The notes beneath the pieces are model-generated. The model worked only from the letters and a program-made list of their open reading frames with translations, had not been told where the DNA came from and did no database searches. A stretch of DNA of 64,000 nucleotides from Alkalispirochaeta sp. (GTDB taxonomy: Bacteria > Spirochaetota > Spirochaetia > DSM-27196 > Alkalispirochaetaceae): NCBI GenBank assembly GCA_965242725.1, contig CBDESZ010000016.1, positions 267,353-331,352 of the forward strand. The letters are read 5' to 3'. The position numbers and the translations under genes are program-made. Shown here in pieces: positions 1 to 9,815 of the stretch; the first letter of the stretch is position 1, and each line of letters starts with the position of its first letter.

Positions 1-264
1 GTCGAGGTAGCCCGGAAGCGTTCCGGGGACGATGCCGCCCACGGCTATATCGAGGCTATCGAGAATATCGAGCCCGTCGTACCCGAAGGCAACCGGACGT
101 TCCGGAGAGGACGGAACCACCGTCGTGCCCAGGTCGTGAGTGATGGTGACCGTTTCCCTGTCGCCTGCTGCCGACGGTTCCATTTCCGCCGTTCCCGTCG
201 CAAAGAGGAGTGAAGTTCCCGCTATGAGAAACAACACGATTGTGAAAACACGCTGAAGGGGCAT
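1..264 (-). CDS. Iron-siderophore ABC transporter substrate-binding protein (N-terminal part, runs off window start)
   Basis: Not in the ORF track; read manually: GGAGG SD then MPLQRVFTIVLFLIAGTSLLFATGTAEMEPSAAGDRETVTITHDLGTTVVPSSPERPVAFGYDGLDILDSLDI. Signal peptide plus the 'VTITHxLGTTxVPxxPER' start typical of FatB/CeuE/YclQ-type binding proteins. Confidence 0.8.
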   Translation of the reverse strand, partial: MPLQRVFTIVLFLIAGTSLLFATGTAEMEPSAAGDRETVTITHDLGTTVVPSSPERPVAFGYDGLDILDSLDIAVGGIVPGTLPGYLD

Positions 265-287
265 AAAGTTTCCTCCGTAAAAAAAAG

Positions 288-306
288 TTATGCAAGGCTA
301 ACTATT
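288..306. promoter_or_regulatory. Candidate DtxR/TroR-family metal-repressor box
   Basis: Minus strand AATAGTTAGCCTTGCATAA matches 14/19 of TWAGGTWAGSCTWACCTWA; lies 23 bp upstream of the siderophore-binding gene. Confidence 0.5.
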
Positions 307-497
307 ATTATAAAATGTGTCAACAATAGGTCAAAAATCTATTTTACCCTTCCGGACGGCGGGAACGGGCGTATCGACGCGGTGAAAGGCGGGAAAAACC
401 CGCTCCTTTTGCCGGACGATGTGTGACGTAGTAGATTGTATATGCATCATAGTTTTGGCAGACGCCGCCTATTTTCGCAGGAACCAGGAGGTGCGAG

Positions 498-1241
498 ATG
501 AATGGAGTGCAGGACGTCCGAAACGATCCCGTGGCCGTTGTCGCCGGAGGCACCGGGGGCATCGGTGAAGGTGTTGTGAAAGCCCTCGTCGAAGAACACT
601 ATATTGTCTACGTGCCGGTTCGTGAAATCGACCGTGCCGACAGGCTGAAAGGGTACGTGAACGATTCCGAACGGCTTCGTTTTATTCCCGCCGATCTGTG
701 CGATGATCTCGCCGTCGCTGCGATGAAAGAGAGAATTCTTGAGGAAGTCTCCCGGATCGATGCCGTCGTCGTCTCCGTCGGTGCCGGATATTACGGACAC
801 AGCCTGCATCGTATGCCCCGGACCGACTGGGATCGGAGTATTCAGGACAATCTGGTGACCCACTTCAATACGCAGCGTGTCTTTGTGGAGCAGTTGCGGC
901 AGCAGGACGGGGGAGTCTATGTGACCATGATCGGGCCGGAAGCGGAGCATATTCGTCCCGATGCGGGAATGGCTTCAATCATGGCGGCGGCTCAGAAGAT
1001 GATAACCCGGGTCCTCGCCACGGAGTCTGCGGATCGGAATGTACGAATCCACGCCCTTACCGCCCACACGACGATCAATACCCGCACCCGGGGAGAAAAC
1101 ACAAACCCCGAATGGATAACCGCCCATGAACTGGGAGAGTACGTGCTTCGTCTCATTGAAGGACGCGTTCCCAACAGTAGTGAAGCACTGCACGACATAA
1201 AGGATCTCTCGCAGCTGAGGAGAGTCCTCGGTCGCGTCTGA
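498..1241 (+). CDS. SDR family oxidoreductase (atypical active site)
   Basis: AGGAGG SD; VAVVAGGTGGIG Rossmann motif; no canonical YxxxK. Confidence 0.8.
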   Translation: MNGVQDVRNDPVAVVAGGTGGIGEGVVKALVEEHYIVYVPVREIDRADRLKGYVNDSERLRFIPADLCDDLAVAAMKERILEEVSRIDAVVVSVGAGYYGHSLHRMPRTDWDRSIQDNLVTHFNTQRVFVEQLRQQDGGVYVTMIGPEAEHIRPDAGMASIMAAAQKMITRVLATESADRNVRIHALTAHTTINTRTRGENTNPEWITAHELGEYVLRLIEGRVPNSSEALHDIKDLSQLRRVLGRV

Positions 1242-1279
1242 ACTTGATCCGACCGGCGTTCCCCGATACGCTCGTCGCC

Positions 1280-2161
1280 ATGTCCGTTCTCTTTGCGTCA
1301 CTCGCCGCGGTCTTTTTCGGTACCGCCGATTTCACCGGAGGCTTTGCCTCGCGGAAAAATTCAATTCCCGCCGTGCTGGTATGGTCTCAGCTTGCAGGGC
1401 TTGCTCTTGTCATTCTCTTCATCGTCGTTGACGGTCGTGCGGCAGTCCCTTCACTGGGAGACGGGCTGTTCGGCGCCGCCGCGGGCATTGCGGGCCTCGG
1501 CGGTCTGGCCTTTCTCTATCGCGGTCTTTCCCGCGGTCTTGTGGCGATTGTTTCGCCCCTTGCGGCATTGATCGGGGCGGTAACTCCTCTTGTGGGTGGT
1601 CTGCTCCTCGGCGAACGGATGTCGACTCTCGCGGCTTTCGGCGTCGCCCTCGCCCTCCCGGCGATCGTTCTCGTCTCCTGGCAGGGTCGTCTTCCCCTGC
1701 ATGAACACGATCAGCGGAGAATGAGGGAGTCTCTCAGAGACGGCGTCGCATCGGGTTTCTTTTTCGGCCTTTTTTTCCTGCTTATCAGTATTCCCGACGA
1801 TGCGAGCGGTATGTGGCCCCTTGCGGTGGCACGTATCTGTTCGATCTCGTTTACCGTACTGGTCGTTTCCGTCCCATTTGTGCCGAGTCAGCTGTGGGGA
1901 GGCCGCAGCGACACGCCACGGCTGCAGCTTCATGGCGGTGTCTTTCCGGTCATTGCCGCGGGCGTGATGGATATGGCGGCGAATATTTTCCTCGTCCTTG
2001 CATTTCGAAGCGGTCTATTGTCGATCGCAGCCGTCATCAGCTCCGCCTACCCCGTGCAGACCGTTGTTCTGTCGCGGTTCATTTTCGGTGAGCGGGTCGG
2101 TACCGTACGTATCGCGGGTATCGTCCTCGCCCTTTCGGGCATAGCCCTCATGTCGGCATAG
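1280..2161 (+). CDS. EamA/DMT family transporter
   Basis: About 10 hydrophobic segments, 'FFGTADFTGG', C-terminal 'GERV...GIVLALSGIALM'. Confidence 0.85.
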   Translation: MSVLFASLAAVFFGTADFTGGFASRKNSIPAVLVWSQLAGLALVILFIVVDGRAAVPSLGDGLFGAAAGIAGLGGLAFLYRGLSRGLVAIVSPLAALIGAVTPLVGGLLLGERMSTLAAFGVALALPAIVLVSWQGRLPLHEHDQRRMRESLRDGVASGFFFGLFFLLISIPDDASGMWPLAVARICSISFTVLVVSVPFVPSQLWGGRSDTPRLQLHGGVFPVIAAGVMDMAANIFLVLAFRSGLLSIAAVISSAYPVQTVVLSRFIFGERVGTVRIAGIVLALSGIALMSA

Positions 2162-2186
2162 ACGACGACCGCGACCGCCTGAGCCG

Positions 2187-3718
2187 CTACGTTCGGTCGC
2201 CTGAAGCCAGTTCCATTGAGCGGGGATCGACATCCACGTATGCCAGTTCCTGGCCGTGGAGAAATTGACCCACCAGTCCGCCGATCTCTTCCTTCAACTG
2301 GGCGACGGCACTTGAAATGAGTCTGGAATCGAAACCCGTATCGAGCAGACGTTGCACCCGGTCGATGGCGGTGACGCGGCTGAATATCCGGCCAAGGTCT
2401 ATGCGGCGACGCTGCGACAACTCCGGCTGAATAGAAAAATCGAGAAACGACCGGACCCGTTCGACGCCCCGCGCCGTGAGGGGGTGGTCCTCAAGGAATC
2501 GGGCGATGTTTGCGTCGCCGCCACGGAAGAAGGTCTTGAGAAAGCCGTCTCCGATCTGGTGGTAAATGACGTCGTTGGATCCTTCAAAGATTTGAAACGG
2601 GCGGGAGTCCGTCGTCGCCCGGCCGGCAAAGTGGTCCTGACGGTACCCCTTGGCCCCGACCAGTTGAAGGACGTTCTGCGCCGCCGACTGCATGTAATCG
2701 CTCATGAGCGCCTTGTGCACATTGGCGACAAGGCCCTCTTTGACCCCCCCCCCCCCCCCCCCAGGTTGAATGAAATGCCTGACCGTGTGATGGAATCATG
2801 ACAGAAGGCGCGGGCGGTGGTCACCCACCCCTGCAACCGGGCGAGGTGGCGCTGAACCTGATCAAACTGAGCGAGTGGTTTTCCGCCGATGAAACGCTTC
2901 CGGGTATGCTCCACCGCTTCGTCGAGAGTTCGTCGTATAAATCCGAGAGCCGTACCGGGGAAACGCATGCGGCTGCGGTGGAGGAGATCCTGCATCATTT
3001 TCATGCCCCCGCCGTCAAACTCCAGTTTGTGGTTTTCAGGGACCTGAAGATCGAGACGATTCCGTCCATAGGGGATCATGTACAGGCCGAGGTTGTTGTA
3101 ATACTCCTCGACGCGGACGAGCTGCTCCGGACGGCGGGAATCGCAGAAGAAGAATCCGATCTCCCGACTCAATGAACCGTCTTCCTTCCGCCTCCTGGCG
3201 GTGACGAGCCAGTAGTCGGCCCAGCCGCTCAAGCCGGCCCAGTGTTTTTCACCTTTTATGTGATAACCGTCGTCGTTGCGGTGAAAGCTCGTCTGCATAT
3301 TCAGGGCGTCCGTCCCGTAGTCAGGTTCGGTGATCATGAGTCCACCCATGGCGTTCTCTTCGCGCATTCTCTTCAGTACCGGACCCGCGATGTCGGGGTC
3401 GGCGTATTTTGACATCGGCTCCGCGAAGAGGGCGCCGTTGATTCCGAGTATGAGTCCCAACGGAAGTGATTCGTAGGCGACCGTGTCGAGAACGGAGAGT
3501 ATTTCCGCGGGATCGGCACCCCGTCCGCCATATCGGGTGGAGATCGACGCATCGATGGGGCGGGTGTTGAGAAACTCCCGCAGGAAAAAGGGCGGGATTC
3601 CGCGCTGGAGGTTCTGCCGGTCCTGATCGAGCCGTTCGTACATGAGAAATCGAAGGGTTTCCCGAAGACGATTCATATACGTTTTAAATGGTTCTACCGT
3701 GGTTTCCGTCGTGTACAT
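2187..3718 (-). CDS. Acyl-CoA dehydrogenase, frameshifted at a G19 tract
   Basis: 'GGLMITEPDYGTD', 'IKGEKHWAGL' and 'RPFQIFEGSNDV' motifs split over ORFs 2702..3718 and 2187..2720. Confidence 0.85.
2744..2762. repeat. C19 homopolymer (G19 on coding strand)
   Basis: 19 consecutive C counted directly, at the frameshift point. Confidence 0.95.
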
Positions 3719-3943
3719 GGGTACAAGTATAGTTTATTATTACTGTAATGAATACATCACGAGGGGCGGGCGCCACTTGCCGTGTCACCAACCCTTTCGG
3801 TATGCTTTGGGCGGTTATTCGGTCAAGAGCCGCTTTTTTGTAGAATGATGAACACTGTGAGACGCTTTGTAGCCGACGCGGTGCGTTGTCATTGAATAGT
3901 CAGATCACGACCGTGTGAACCCGGCCATTTGAGGAGGAACGTC

Positions 3944-5611
3944 ATGGCAGATTCGAATATCCCCGGTGATGGAGGCGACAAGGGAACGGCACAGTCGTCA
4001 GGGGGCGTTTCACGACCGATTCGCGAACAACTCACCCCACGGGCCCTCGTCATCGGCGCCCTCGGTGCCGTCATTATCGCCGCCAGTTCCATGTATGTCG
4101 CCCTCAGGCTCGGAGCCCTTCCATGGCCGACGATCTTTGTCGCCCTTCTGAGTATGGCCGCTCTGAAAGGTCTGGGTAAGACCAACCTCAATGAAATCAA
4201 CGTCACCCACACGGCGATGAGCGCCGGCGCGATGATCGCCGGCGGTTTTGCATTCACCATCCCGGCAATCTGGATTCTCCAGCCCGACAGGGAGATCTCA
4301 TTTCCACCGCTCATTCTCGTCGTTCTCGCCGGGACGATTCTCGGCCTCATTCTGACCGCCCTTGTGCGACGCCACTTTGTGGAAACCGAGGCACTTCCCT
4401 ACCCCGTGGGTACCGCGGCGTATGAGACGGTACAGGTGGGAGACGAAGGGGGCGGCAAGGCGGGATTTCTCTTTGGGTCCATGGGTATTTCCGCCCTCTT
4501 TGTTGCAGGCCGCGATCTTGTGGCGGCAATTCCCGCCGCCCTTTCGTCTGCGACGCTCGCGGCGCGGAACATTTCCGTCGGGTTCTGGATTTCTCCCATG
4601 GCGGTCGGTATCGGATACATCATCGATGTCGTATACACCGCCGTGTGGTTTGCAGGTTCGATTTTTGCGTATGTCATACTCGTCCCCGTGGGAATCGCCC
4701 TGGGTATTTTCCCGGATATGGCGACGGCCGAAGCGTTCCGGTCCAGCCTCGGTATCGGACTGATGGTGGGAACCGGCGTCGGCGTCCTGGTAAAGGGAAT
4801 ACTTCCCCGATTCAAGGCGATCTTTGCGGGTGTCGTTACCGATCTGGGAGTGAGCGGCAACCGCCGCCTCGCCGTCAGTCTCCCCGTGGGTGGTGCCGTC
4901 GTTGTGGTGATTCTTTCAATACTCGCCGGTATACCCGTCGTTCCGTCGATTCTGCTCCTTCTGGGCGTTGTGATTGCGACGGTGATGGCCGCAGATCTGA
5001 CGGGCAGAACGGGAATCAACCCGATGGAGATTCTCGGAATCATCGTGCTTCTGGGAATCCGGCTGGTTGTGCCCTCCCTGGGGCAGACACCTGCGATCCT
5101 CATCGCGGCGGTAACCGCCGTCAGCTGTGGTCTTACCGGGGACGTTCTCAACGATTTCAAAGCGGGACATCTTTTTCACACGAGTCCGCGGGCGCAAATC
5201 ACCGCGGAAGCGGTGGGTGGGATTGTGGGTGCCCTTGTATCGGTGGGGACCTTCGCGATCCTGCTGACCCGGTACGGTTCCTTTGGAGGGGAGCTTCCGG
5301 CGCCGCAGGCACACGCCGTGGCCGCCCTCGCGGCGGGAATTCCCGACGTGACGGCCTTTACCATCGGGCTGGTGGTCGGGCTGGTCGTCTATCTCATCGG
5401 GTGGCCCGGTATGACCCTCGGCCTTGGTGTGTATCTTCCGATGATGATTTCCGCTCCGGTCTTTCTGGGTGGTTTGATTCGTCTTGTCATCGCCAGAAGG
5501 AAACCGCAGTGGGATGAAAAAGGCGTCGTCGTTGCCTCGGGTCTCCTGGGGGGTGAGGGCGTCACCGGTGTCATTATCGCCATCGTCCAGGTGAGCGGCG
5601 GCCTCTTTTAA
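3944..5611 (+). CDS. OPT/YSL family oligopeptide transporter
   Basis: GAGGAGG SD; 'EQLTPRALVIG', 'LPYPVGTAAYE', 'DFKAGHL', 'LPAPQA', 'ASGLLGGEG'. Confidence 0.9.
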   Translation: MADSNIPGDGGDKGTAQSSGGVSRPIREQLTPRALVIGALGAVIIAASSMYVALRLGALPWPTIFVALLSMAALKGLGKTNLNEINVTHTAMSAGAMIAGGFAFTIPAIWILQPDREISFPPLILVVLAGTILGLILTALVRRHFVETEALPYPVGTAAYETVQVGDEGGGKAGFLFGSMGISALFVAGRDLVAAIPAALSSATLAARNISVGFWISPMAVGIGYIIDVVYTAVWFAGSIFAYVILVPVGIALGIFPDMATAEAFRSSLGIGLMVGTGVGVLVKGILPRFKAIFAGVVTDLGVSGNRRLAVSLPVGGAVVVVILSILAGIPVVPSILLLLGVVIATVMAADLTGRTGINPMEILGIIVLLGIRLVVPSLGQTPAILIAAVTAVSCGLTGDVLNDFKAGHLFHTSPRAQITAEAVGGIVGALVSVGTFAILLTRYGSFGGELPAPQAHAVAALAAGIPDVTAFTIGLVVGLVVYLIGWPGMTLGLGVYLPMMISAPVFLGGLIRLVIARRKPQWDEKGVVVASGLLGGEGVTGVIIAIVQVSGGLF

Positions 5612-5687
5612 GGTCTTCCGCCCCTTGGCGCCGGCTACAATGCGATGCACCGATCCGCCGCGTCGCTTCGCGGGGGCCGCTGAGTAC

Positions 5688-7364
5688 CTATGAAGAAGCC
5701 GCCGCAACGGCGCCGTTTCGCTCAGCCAGCTCCTCAAGCACACGCATCACTTCCGGAAGAAGCTGTTTCTTCCGGGAGAGCACGCCCGGCATGTCGTACG
5801 TTCGATCAGCAATGTGACTGAAGGGCAGCGCTTCCTCCGCCTGTGGATAAGATGAGGTGAGGAGGAGGCTGTTCCGTTTCATCACGTCCGTGACCATAAG
5901 CATGCACCATTTACACCGTTTTTCCCGGGCCACCGCATCGAGGGCCTCAACGAGGCGGGTGCGATAGTTGCCGGTGTCCGCGAGGGTGGTGACCTCGACC
6001 TGTCCGATCCCTACCCGTACCGACCCGTGGGTGTACTGCTTGTAGTCGGAGAGGATGATTTCCCGGGGTTCCCTGTTTTCAAGGGCGTTCAACTGGGAAA
6101 AGAGGCGCTTGGCGTGTTCGCTGGCGGATATGCCGGTGATCGTCTCCAGGCGATAGATCGCCCGACGGTCCGCCTCGGTGGTGGTGGGCGAGTAGAGGTT
6201 CACCGTGTCGGAGATGATGCCCGACAGGAGGAGGATCGCCACTTCCCGGTCGATGGCGAGGCCCCGTCCGGCGTACTCTTCATAGACGAGCGTGCAGGTG
6301 CTGCCCACCGGGCGCGTCGTAACGGCAATGGGCTGCGTCGTTGACGGCGGAGCAAGGCGGTGGTGGTCGACGATTTCAAGTATTTCCGCTTCCTCCGCAC
6401 CGTCTACGGCCTGGGAGATCTCATTGTGGTCGACCATGATGAGCTTCCGTCGCGGACGTTCAATGAAGGAGCGGCGGCTCACCATCCCCTCATAGGTGCC
6501 CTCGTCAAAGACGGGCAGACCGCGGTATTTGGAATTGAGAAGCAGGTTCTTCCCCTCGTCGAAGGGCGTTTCCGTGTTCAACCGGGGGACGCCGGCGTCC
6601 ATGATCGTCCGGACGGGAGAACTGAGGCGCAGGAGACGGATCGTCTCGGCGGTGTCCGTCCCGGAGCGGTACACGGCACCGCGGAAGGTCGACATGTCCG
6701 TCGCGATGGCCTCGCCCTTTTCAAGTCCTGTAATGACCACCGCCGGGAGCTGTGACTCCACGGCGTGGCGCAGAATCTCGCTGCGGTTTCCCACAACAAG
6801 GAGGGGCGGTGTCGGCAGCAGCCGTATCATTTCGATGGAGCGATGGTCGGGCATGGAACCGGTGACGATGGGCGCTTCAAAGAGACCCTCTTCTCCCTTC
6901 TGGAGCAGTTCACCGGGAAGGACGCGGTTGAAATTGGAGACGAGAAATGTATAGAGCGGTCGCGGTCCCTTGTTCTGGGCGAGAATGTATGAAGTGATTT
7001 CATTTACGCCGACGACGCCGGTGAACGCTCCCTCCCCGTCAATGATGGGGATTGCGGAAATCGTCTGGTTTTCCACCTCCCTGATCGCGTCAAGGACGGG
7101 ATCGTCGGGATGGAGGATGACGGGACTCCGCTTGGCAATCATGCCGATTGTCGGCGCGACGGTGTCGACGTGACGAGGTTCCTCCACTCCGGCAAGTTCA
7201 AAGACGTCGCGAATCTGCCCGTTCAGGGGGCCGGTCCGTATCGGGACGTATCGGGTGCGGGGATCGAGGGTTCTTTTCAGTGCGGCGTAGCAGTACGCCG
7301 CACAGGTGCAATCCATGTCCGGATTCTTGTGGCCCGCTACATATACAAGGGTCTTGGTGTTCAT
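5688..7364 (-). CDS. ppaC: Mn-dependent family II inorganic pyrophosphatase with CBS/DRTGG insert
   Basis: 'GHKNPDMD', 'VDHNE', 'IVDHH', 'GIISDT', 'SRKKQLLP'; long regulatory insert in the N-terminal domain. Confidence 0.9.
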   Translation of the reverse strand: MNTKTLVYVAGHKNPDMDCTCAAYCYAALKRTLDPRTRYVPIRTGPLNGQIRDVFELAGVEEPRHVDTVAPTIGMIAKRSPVILHPDDPVLDAIREVENQTISAIPIIDGEGAFTGVVGVNEITSYILAQNKGPRPLYTFLVSNFNRVLPGELLQKGEEGLFEAPIVTGSMPDHRSIEMIRLLPTPPLLVVGNRSEILRHAVESQLPAVVITGLEKGEAIATDMSTFRGAVYRSGTDTAETIRLLRLSSPVRTIMDAGVPRLNTETPFDEGKNLLLNSKYRGLPVFDEGTYEGMVSRRSFIERPRRKLIMVDHNEISQAVDGAEEAEILEIVDHHRLAPPSTTQPIAVTTRPVGSTCTLVYEEYAGRGLAIDREVAILLLSGIISDTVNLYSPTTTEADRRAIYRLETITGISASEHAKRLFSQLNALENREPREIILSDYKQYTHGSVRVGIGQVEVTTLADTGNYRTRLVEALDAVAREKRCKWCMLMVTDVMKRNSLLLTSSYPQAEEALPFSHIADRTYDMPGVLSRKKQLLPEVMRVLEELAERNGAVAAASS

Positions 7365-8302
7365 ACCGGCGTTCCCGCGCCTGCCCTTTTCAGAATGCTC
7401 CGAACGCCGTCGAGCATTGAGTCGAGATCGCTCAGGTTCAACGGCAGGACGACGCGGGTATCGGCGGATGCGAGATTGCGCAGCTCGGCGATGTACTGCT
7501 CCGAAAGCTGCAGGGACAACGCTTCGTCTCCGCCGTCGGCTTCGAGTGCGGCTGCAAGCTTCCGGATAGACACGGCGGTAGCCTTGGCAAGCGCCCGGAT
7601 TTCAGCAGCCTTGCCCTCGGCCTCATTGATCCACTTTTCCTTTTCCCCTTCGGATCTGTTGATGGCTTCCTCCATTTCTCCCACGGAGTAGTTGATTTTA
7701 CTTTCCATCTCACCGAGAGAACGGGCAATCTGGGCGCGTTTATCCCGTTCCGCACGAAGCTGCGCTTCCATCGCCTGCAGAATGTCGGCGGGGACGTTTA
7801 TGTTCTGTATCTCATATCGTGTGACGTCGACGCCCCATTCCGCGCTCGCCGCATCGACCTCCTTGACGATGGCGGCATTGATCGCATCCCGTTCTTCAAA
7901 GGTCTTGTCCAGTTCCAGTTTTCCAATGACCGAACGCATCGTCGTCTGGGCGAGCTGAATCGTTGCGTATCGGTAGTTGCTGATCCCGTAGCTCGCTTTT
8001 TTGGGATCGGTGACCTTGTAGTAGAGGACTCCGTCAACGTCGACCTTCACATTGTCCCAGGTGAAACAGGGCTGGGTCGGAACGTCTACAGCCTGTTCCT
8101 TGAGACTGTGGGTATATGCAACCTTGTCTATAAACGGCACGAGAACGTGAAATCCCGCCTGAAGGGTGGATGCGTACTTGCCGAGTCGCTCCACGACGAG
8201 CACGGTCTTTGCCGGGACGATTCTGATACTACGTACAAGAGCGATAAAGATGACGAGGCCGAGGAGGCCGAGTACGATTTGAAGGGGTAGAAAAGGACTC
8301 AT
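7361..8302 (-). CDS. SPFH/band 7 (paraslipin/QmcA-like) protein
   Basis: 'VVERLGKY', 'LAQTTMRSVIG', 'AERDKRA'. Confidence 0.92.
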   Translation of the reverse strand: MSPFLPLQIVLGLLGLVIFIALVRSIRIVPAKTVLVVERLGKYASTLQAGFHVLVPFIDKVAYTHSLKEQAVDVPTQPCFTWDNVKVDVDGVLYYKVTDPKKASYGISNYRYATIQLAQTTMRSVIGKLELDKTFEERDAINAAIVKEVDAASAEWGVDVTRYEIQNINVPADILQAMEAQLRAERDKRAQIARSLGEMESKINYSVGEMEEAINRSEGEKEKWINEAEGKAAEIRALAKATAVSIRKLAAALEADGGDEALSLQLSEQYIAELRNLASADTRVVLPLNLSDLDSMLDGVRSILKRAGAGTPV

Positions 8303-9303
8303 TGTGCTGCTCCTGAACTGTTGGTCGGGCCCGAGGCGCCGCGACTGCCGGCGTCTTCGCGCCCTGCTGACCCGGACGTCGCACCGTACGCGGATCCGCC
8401 TGTTTTCAGTGATTCCACCATCGACCGCAACGTCGCCAGTTCCACAGGCAGGACCGACGTCTCGCTCTCCCTGATGATCGATCCGAGGCCGGAAATGAAC
8501 TGCTCCGCCACACGCATGGCAACGGCGGTCCGCCCCTTGGGCAGACTGATCGCCCCGGCTACATCGGTGATCCCTTCCGCCGTCGCAGCGGCAATGATCT
8601 CCGTCGCCTCTGCCCGACCCTCCGCTTCATTGATCCGCTTCTGCCGCTCTCCCTGGGAGAGGTTGATCGCCTGCTGGCGGTCTCCCTTGGAGGAATTGAT
8701 CCGCGCTTCCCGGGTGCCTTCACTGAAGAGGATCTCGGCGCGCTTTTCCCGCTCCGCCCGAACCTGCTGTTCCATTGCGATCATTACCGTTTCCGACGGG
8801 GTAATATCCTTGATTTCATAGCGGGTAACTTTGATGCCCCAGGGGTCGGATGCCTCATCGACCGCCTTGACGATGGCGTCGTTTATGGCGTCCCGCTCTG
8901 AGAAGCTCCGGTCCAGTTCGATTTTGCCGATCTCCGAACGCATCGTCGTCTGAGCGAGCTGGGAGGTGGCGAAACGGTAATTGTCTATTCCGTAGCTTGC
9001 CTTTTCCGGGTCCACGACCTGGAGGTACAACACGCCGTCCACGCTCACCTGGACGTTGTCCTTGGTGATGCAGAGCTGCGGCGGTACATCGATGACCTCC
9101 TCTTTCAGAAGTTGCTTGTAGGCAACCTTTTGCACGACCGGAATCACAAGGTGAAATCCCGGTCCCATGGTACGCTGATACTTTCCAAACTGTTCCACCA
9201 CCCACGCATGCTGTTCCGGCACGATGCGTATCAGCTTAAAGAAGATGGTGAAGACGAGGATCAGCAGGACGAGAGACGAGGCATAGACCCCAATGACACT
9301 CAT
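8299..9303 (-). CDS. SPFH/band 7 (paraslipin/QmcA-like) protein
   Basis: 'ITKDNVQVSVDGV', 'LAQTTMRSEIG', 'WGIKVTRYEIKDI'. Confidence 0.92.
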   Translation of the reverse strand: MSVIGVYASSLVLLILVFTIFFKLIRIVPEQHAWVVEQFGKYQRTMGPGFHLVIPVVQKVAYKQLLKEEVIDVPPQLCITKDNVQVSVDGVLYLQVVDPEKASYGIDNYRFATSQLAQTTMRSEIGKIELDRSFSERDAINDAIVKAVDEASDPWGIKVTRYEIKDITPSETVMIAMEQQVRAEREKRAEILFSEGTREARINSSKGDRQQAINLSQGERQKRINEAEGRAEATEIIAAATAEGITDVAGAISLPKGRTAVAMRVAEQFISGLGSIIRESETSVLPVELATLRSMVESLKTGGSAYGATSGSAGREDAGSRGASGPTNSSGAAQ

Positions 9304-9755
9304 GTTTCCTCCCTGTTCAAGAGATCGCCTGCGGTGACGATGTAGTTGAGATTTTCTTTTTTCAGAATCGTAACGGTGGCACCTGGAGGTATAGACTCCC
9401 CGTAGGACACCGCATTCCATGACGTTCCGTGAATACGGATACGTCCCGATTTTTCCGGAGATATCTCTTCAATGACTTCGGCGGTTTTACCGACATCGGC
9501 ATCTTCATTCCCGATCGCGACGTCGCCCTTGAACCATCGGGCCGCGTACTTCCGCAGCACCCCCAGAGACAGACCGCTCGTTGCCGCCCAGATGACAAGC
9601 TGCAGGGGCAGGCGATCTGCGAGACCGGGGACGACAATAACGAGAAGGGAGTTCAACAACGCACCGAGGCCGAAGAAGAATACGACAAATTCAGGAATGA
9701 TGAACTCCGACCCAATGAGAAGGAGTCCGAGAACCGCCCAAATTGTTGCGCTCAC
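9300..9755 (-). CDS. NfeD family protein
   Basis: Hydrophobic N-terminus plus 'GRIRIHGTSWNA' OB-fold; canonical position upstream of SPFH genes. Confidence 0.9.
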   Translation of the reverse strand: MSATIWAVLGLLLIGSEFIIPEFVVFFFGLGALLNSLLVIVVPGLADRLPLQLVIWAATSGLSLGVLRKYAARWFKGDVAIGNEDADVGKTAEVIEEISPEKSGRIRIHGTSWNAVSYGESIPPGATVTILKKENLNYIVTAGDLLNREET

Positions 9756-9815
9756 TCAGGTACTGTAGGGTCTCTCCCCGTCCAAGTCAACGGAGTCCGG
9801 AATGAACATTCATTC

